In this document: piece by piece, positions 47,090 through 51,601 of the stretch
Layout: every line of letters starts with the position of its first letter
How positions within the stretch are numbered: the first letter of the stretch is position 1
Origin: Scenedesmus sp. PABB004
Lineage: Eukaryota
DNA length: 51,601 nt
Assembly (NCBI GenBank): GCA_014905635.1
Contig: JABVCE010000004.1
Span: 1,736,001 to 1,787,601 of the forward strand
Direction: 5' to 3'
Program-made: the position numbers and the translations under genes
The notes under the pieces: generated by a model
What the model was told of the DNA's origin: nothing
Databases searched by the model: none
Seen by the model: the letters and a program-made list of their open reading frames with translations, nothing else

Positions 47090-50000
47090 CGGCCGCTGGC
47101 GGCGGCCCTCGCCGGCGCAGCCCGTGGCCGGCCACGCAGCATGTTGGAGCCGCGCACCTCCGCTCCGCAGGGGCGGCGGGGCAGGGGAAACGGCGCACGG
47201 CAGCGCCGCGCCGCGGCGCCGGCGAGCGGCGCGCGCGCGGGCGGCGCGCGGCCCGCGGCGCAGCGCGGCCGCCGACGGCGGCCCTCGCCGGCGCAGCCCG
47301 TGGCCGGCCAGGCAGCATGTTGGAGCCGCGCACCTCCGCTCCGCAGGGGCGGCGGGGCAGGGGAAGCGGCGCACGGCAGCGCCGCGCCGCGGCGCCGGCG
47401 AGCGCGCGCGCGCGGGCGGCGCGCGGCCCACGGCGCAGCGCGGCCGCCGGCGGCGGCCCTCGCCGGCGCAGCCCGTGGCCGGGCAGCATGTTGGAGCCGC
47501 GCACCTCCGCTCCGCAGGGGCGGCGGGGCAGGGGAAGCGGCGCACGGCAGCGCCGCGCCCGCGGCGCCGGCGAGCGGCGGCGCGCGCGGCGGCGCGCGGC
47601 CCCGGCGCAGCGCGGCGGCCGCCGGCGGCGGCCCTCGCCGGCGCAGCCCGTGGCCGGCCACGCAGCAAGCTGGAGCCGCGCACCTCCGCTCCGCAGGGGC
47701 GGCGGGGCAGGGGAAATGGCGCACGGCAGCGCCGCGCCGCGGCGCCGGCGAGCGGGCGGCGCGCGGGCCGGCGCGGCCGCGGCGCGGCGCGGCCTCGGCG
47801 GCCGACTCGCGGCGCAGCCCGTGGCCGGGCAGCATGTTGGAGCCGCGCACCTCCGCTCCGCAGGGGCGGCGGGGCAGGGGAAATGGCGCACGGCAGCGCC
47901 GCGCCGCGACGCCGGCGAGCGGCGGCGCGCGCGGCGGCGCGCGGCCCGCGGCGCAGCGCGGCCGCCGGCGGCGGCCCTCGCCGGCGCAGCCCGTGGCCGG
48001 CCACGCAGCAAGCTGGAGCGCGGCACCTCCGCTCCGCAGGGCGGCGGGGCAGGGGAAATGGCGCACGGCAGCGCGCGCGCCGCGGCGCCGCCGAGCGGCG
48101 CGCGCGCGGGCGGCGCGCGGCCACGGCGCAGCGCGGCCGCCGGCGGCGGCCCTCGCCGGCGCAGCCCGTGGCCGGGCAGCATGTTGGAGCCGCGCACCTC
48201 CGCTCCGCAGGGGCGGCGGGGCAGGGGAAGCGGCGCACGGCAGCGCCGCGCCGCGACGCCGGCGAGCGGCGCGCGCGCGGGCGGCGCGCGGCCCGCGGCG
48301 CAGCGCGGCCGCCGGCGGCGGCCCTCGCCGGCGCAGCCCGTGGCCGGCCACGCAGCAAGCTGGAGCCGCGCACCTCCGCTCCGCAGGGGCGGCGGGCAGG
48401 GAAATGGCGCACGGCAGCGCCGCGCCGCGGCGCCGGCGAGCGGCGCGCGGCCCGCGGCGCGGCGCGGCCGCCGGCGGCCGACCTCGGCGGCGCAGCCCGT
48501 GGCGGGCAGCATGTTGGAGCCGCGCACCTCCGCTCCGCAGGGGCGGCGGGGCAGGGGAAATGGCGCACGGCAGCGCCGCGCCGCGACGCCGGCGAGCGGC
48601 GCGCGCGCGGGCGGCGCGCGGCCCGCGGCGCAGCGCGGCCGCCGGCGGCGGCCCTCGCCGGCGCAGCCCGTGGCCGGCCACGCAGCAAGCTGGAGCCGCG
48701 CACCTCCGCTCCGCAGGGGCGGCGGGGCAGGGGAAATGGCGCACGGCAGCGCGCGCGCGGCCGCGCCGAGCGGCGCGCGCCGCGGGCGGCGCGCGCGCCC
48801 ACGCAGCGCGCGCCGGCGGCGGCCCTCGCCGGCGCAGCCCGTGAGGGCATGTTGGGCGCGCACCTGCTCCGCAGGGGCGGGGCAGGGGAGCGGCGCACGG
48901 CAGCGCCGCGCGCGCGACGCCGGCGAGCGCCGCGCGGCGCGGGCGGCGCGCGCCCGCGGCGCAGCGCGGCCGCCGGCGGCGGCCCTCGCCGCGCAGCCCG
49001 TGGCCGCCGGCCACGCCGGCCACGCAGCAGCTGGAGCCGCGCACCTCCGCTCCGCAGGGGCGGCGGGGCAGGGGAAATGGCGCACGGCAGCGCCGCGCCG
49101 CGGCGCCGGCGAGCGGCGCGCGCCCGCGGCGCGGCGCGGCCGCCGCGGCCGACCTCGGCGGCGCAGCCCGTGGCCGGGCAGCATGTTGGAGCCGCGCACC
49201 TCCGCTCCGCAGGGGCGGCGGGGCAGGGGAAATGGCGCACGGCAGCGCCGCGCCGCGACGCCGGCGAGCGGCGCGCGCGCGGGCGGCGCGCGGCCCGCGG
49301 CGCAGCGCGGCCGCCGGCGGCGGCCCTCGCCGGCGCAGCCCGTGGCCGGCCACGCAGCAAGCTGGAGCCGCGCACCTCCGCTCCGCAGGGGCGGCGGGGC
49401 AGGGGAAATGGCGCACGGCAGCGCCGCGCCGCGGCGCCGCCGAGCGCGCGCGCGCGGCGGCGGCGCGCGGCCCGCGGCGCGGCGCGGCCGCCGGCGGCCG
49501 ACCTCTGCGGCGCAGCGCGTGGCCGGGCAGCCTGTTGGAGCCCCGCACGCCCGCTCCCCAGGGGCGGCGGGGCAGGGAAACGGCGCACGGCAGCGCTGCG
49601 CCGCGGCGCCGCCGAGCGGCGCGCGCGCGGGCGGCGCGCGGCCCGCGGCGCGGCGCGGCCGCCGGCGGCCGACCTCTGCGGCGCAGCGCGTGGCCGGGCA
49701 GCTGTTGGAGCCCCGCACGCCCGCTCCCCAGGGGCGGCGGGGCAGCGGAAACGGCGCACGGCAGCGCTGCGCCGCGGCGCCGCCGAGCGGCGCGCGGCCC
49801 GCGGCGCGGCGCGGCCGCCGGCGGCCGACCTCTGCGGCGCAGCGCGTGGCGGGCAGCCTGTTGGAGCCCCGCACGCCCGCTCCCCAGGGGCGGCGGGGCA
49901 GCGGAAACGGCGCACGGCAGCGCTGCGCCGGGCGGCCCGAGCGGCGCGCGCGCGCGGCGCGCGGCCCGCGGCGCGGCGCGGCCGCCGCGGCGGCCCTCGC

Positions 50001-51601
50001 CGGCGCAGCCCGTGGCCGGCCACGCAGCAAGCTGGAGCCGCGCACCTCCGCTCCGCAGGGGCGGCGGGGCAGGGGAAATGGCGCACGGCAGGCGCCGCGC
50101 CGCGGCGCCGGCGAGCGGCGCGCGGCCCGCGGCGCGGCGCGGCCGCCGGCGGCCGACCTCGGCGGCGCAGCCCGTGGCCGGGCAGCATGTTGGAGCCGCG
50201 CACCTCCGCTCCGCAGGGGCGGCGGGGCAGGGAAAATGGCGCACGGCAGCGCCGCGCCGCGACGCCGGCGAGCGGCGCGCGCGCGGGCGGCGCGCGGCCC
50301 GCGGCGCAGCGCGGCGCCGGCGGCGGCCCTCGCCGGCGCAGCCCGTGGCCGGCCACGCAGCAAGCTGGAGCCGCGCACCTGCTCCGCAGGGGCGGCGGGC
50401 AGGGGAAATGGCGCACGGCAGCGCCGCGCCGCGGCGCCGCCGAGCGGCGCGCGCGCGGGCGGCGCGCGGCCCGCGGCGCGGCGCGGCCGCCGGCGGCCGA
50501 CCTCGGCGGCGCAGCGCGTGGCCGGGCAGCCTGTTGGAGCCCCGCACGCCCGCTCCCCAGGGGCGGCGGGGCAGCGGAAACGGCGCACGGCAGCGCTGCG
50601 CCGCGGCGCCGCCGAGCGGCGCGCGCGCGGGCGGCGCGCGGCCCGCGGCGCGGCGCGGCCGCCGGCGGCCGACCTCTGCGGCGCAGCGCGTGGCCGGGCA
50701 GCCTGTTGGAGCCCCGCACGCCCGCTCCCCAGGGGCGGCGGGGCAGCGGAAACGGCGCACGGCAGCGCTGCGCCGCGGCGCCGCCGAGCGGCGCGCGCGC
50801 GGGCGGCGCGCGGCCCGCGGCGCAGCGCGCCGCCGGCGGCGGCCTCGGCCCCCGCCGGCGCAGCCCGTGGCCGGCCACGCAGCAAGCTGGAGCCGCGCAC
50901 CTCCGCTCCGCAGGGGCGGCGGGGGCAGGGGAAATGGCGCACGGCAGCGCTGCGCCGCGGCGCCGCCGAGCGGCGCGCGCGCGGGCGGCGCGCGGCCCGC
51001 GGCGCGGCGCGGCCGCTGGCGGCCGACCTCTGCGGCGCAGCGCGTGGCCGGGCAGCCTGTTGGAGCCGCGCACCTCCGCTCCCCAGGGGCGGCGGGGCAG
51101 CGGAAACGGCGCACGGCAGCAGCTGCGCCGCGGCCGCCGCCGAGCGGCGCGCGCGGCGGGCGGCGCGCGGCCCGCGGCGCGGCGAGGCCGCCGGCAGCGG
51201 CCCTCGCCGGCGCAGCCCGTGGCCGGCCACGCAGCAAGCTGGAGCCGCGCACCTCCGCTCCGCAGGGGCGGCGGGGCAGGGGAAATGGCGCACGGCAGCG
51301 CCGCGCCGCGGCGCCGCGAGCGGCGCGCGCGGCCCGCGGCGCGGCGTGGCCGCCGGCGGCCGACCTCGGCGGCGCAGCCCGTGGCCGGGCAGCATGTTGG
51401 AGCCGCGCACCTCCGCTCCGCAGGGGCGGCGGGGCAGGGGAAATGGCGCACGGCAGCGCCGCGCCGCGACGCGGCGAGCGGCGCGCGCCGCGGGCGGCGC
51501 GCGGCCCGCGGCGCAGCGCGGCCGCCGGCGGCGGCCCTCGCCGGCGCAGCCCGTGGCCGGCCACGCAGCAAGCTGGAGCCGCGCACCTCCGCTCCGCAGG
51601 G
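47090..51601. repeat. GC-rich tandem satellite, ~170 bp monomers (154-181 bp), about 26 copies, running off the window end
   Basis: The anchor GGAGCC(G/C)CGCAC recurs (two copies degenerate) at 47146, 47322, 47493, 47672, 47839, 48015, 48186, 48362, 48516, 48692, 48854, 49033, 49188, 49364, 49537, 49707, 49863, 50034, 50192, 50367, 50536, 50708, 50889, 51062, 51241, 51399 and 51575. Confidence 0.97.

Noticed and set aside
46554..51586. Three giant minus-strand ORFs (1618, 1521, 1499 aa) and a 605 aa plus-strand ORF
   Set aside because: They are translations of the satellite, which nearly lacks stop codons. All three minus frames are open and monomer lengths are often not multiples of three.
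47090..51601. CRISPR-like array
   Set aside because: There are no unique spacers (whole monomers repeat), no cas genes, and the context is eukaryotic.
47090..51601. 5S rRNA/tRNA/snRNA tandem gene cluster
   Set aside because: No recognisable 5S, tRNA or snRNA sequence, and no oligo-T Pol III terminators were seen.

Overview
Eukaryotic nuclear DNA with extremely high GC and many introns, most consistent with a chlorophycean green alga (Sphaeropleales-like; inferred from gene content, splice signals and a TGTAA signal). Genes were reconstructed by manual splicing, and most ORF-track entries are GC artefacts. In order: the 5' end of an unknown minus-strand gene; a WNK kinase; a plastid-type PNPOx/split-barrel protein; a chloroplast sensor kinase (CSK)-like protein with degenerate kinase motifs; a CbiA/CobB-like + BtuF-like fusion; mitochondrial-type ClpP; a starch synthase I-like gene with a long N-terminal extension; a small single-pass membrane protein; protein phosphatase PP7; and a ~20 kb multidomain VPS13 (VPS13M-like) gene with about a dozen apparent frameshifts. 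The window ends in a >4.5 kb array of ~170 bp satellite monomers with higher-order structure. The most notable item is the CbiA-BtuF fusion, whose catalytic motifs are all substituted while the ORF is intact: a candidate non-catalytic corrinoid (B12) sensor or handling protein in a eukaryote. Also notable, about 15 of 65 reconstructed introns use GC donors (AG|GCGCG).
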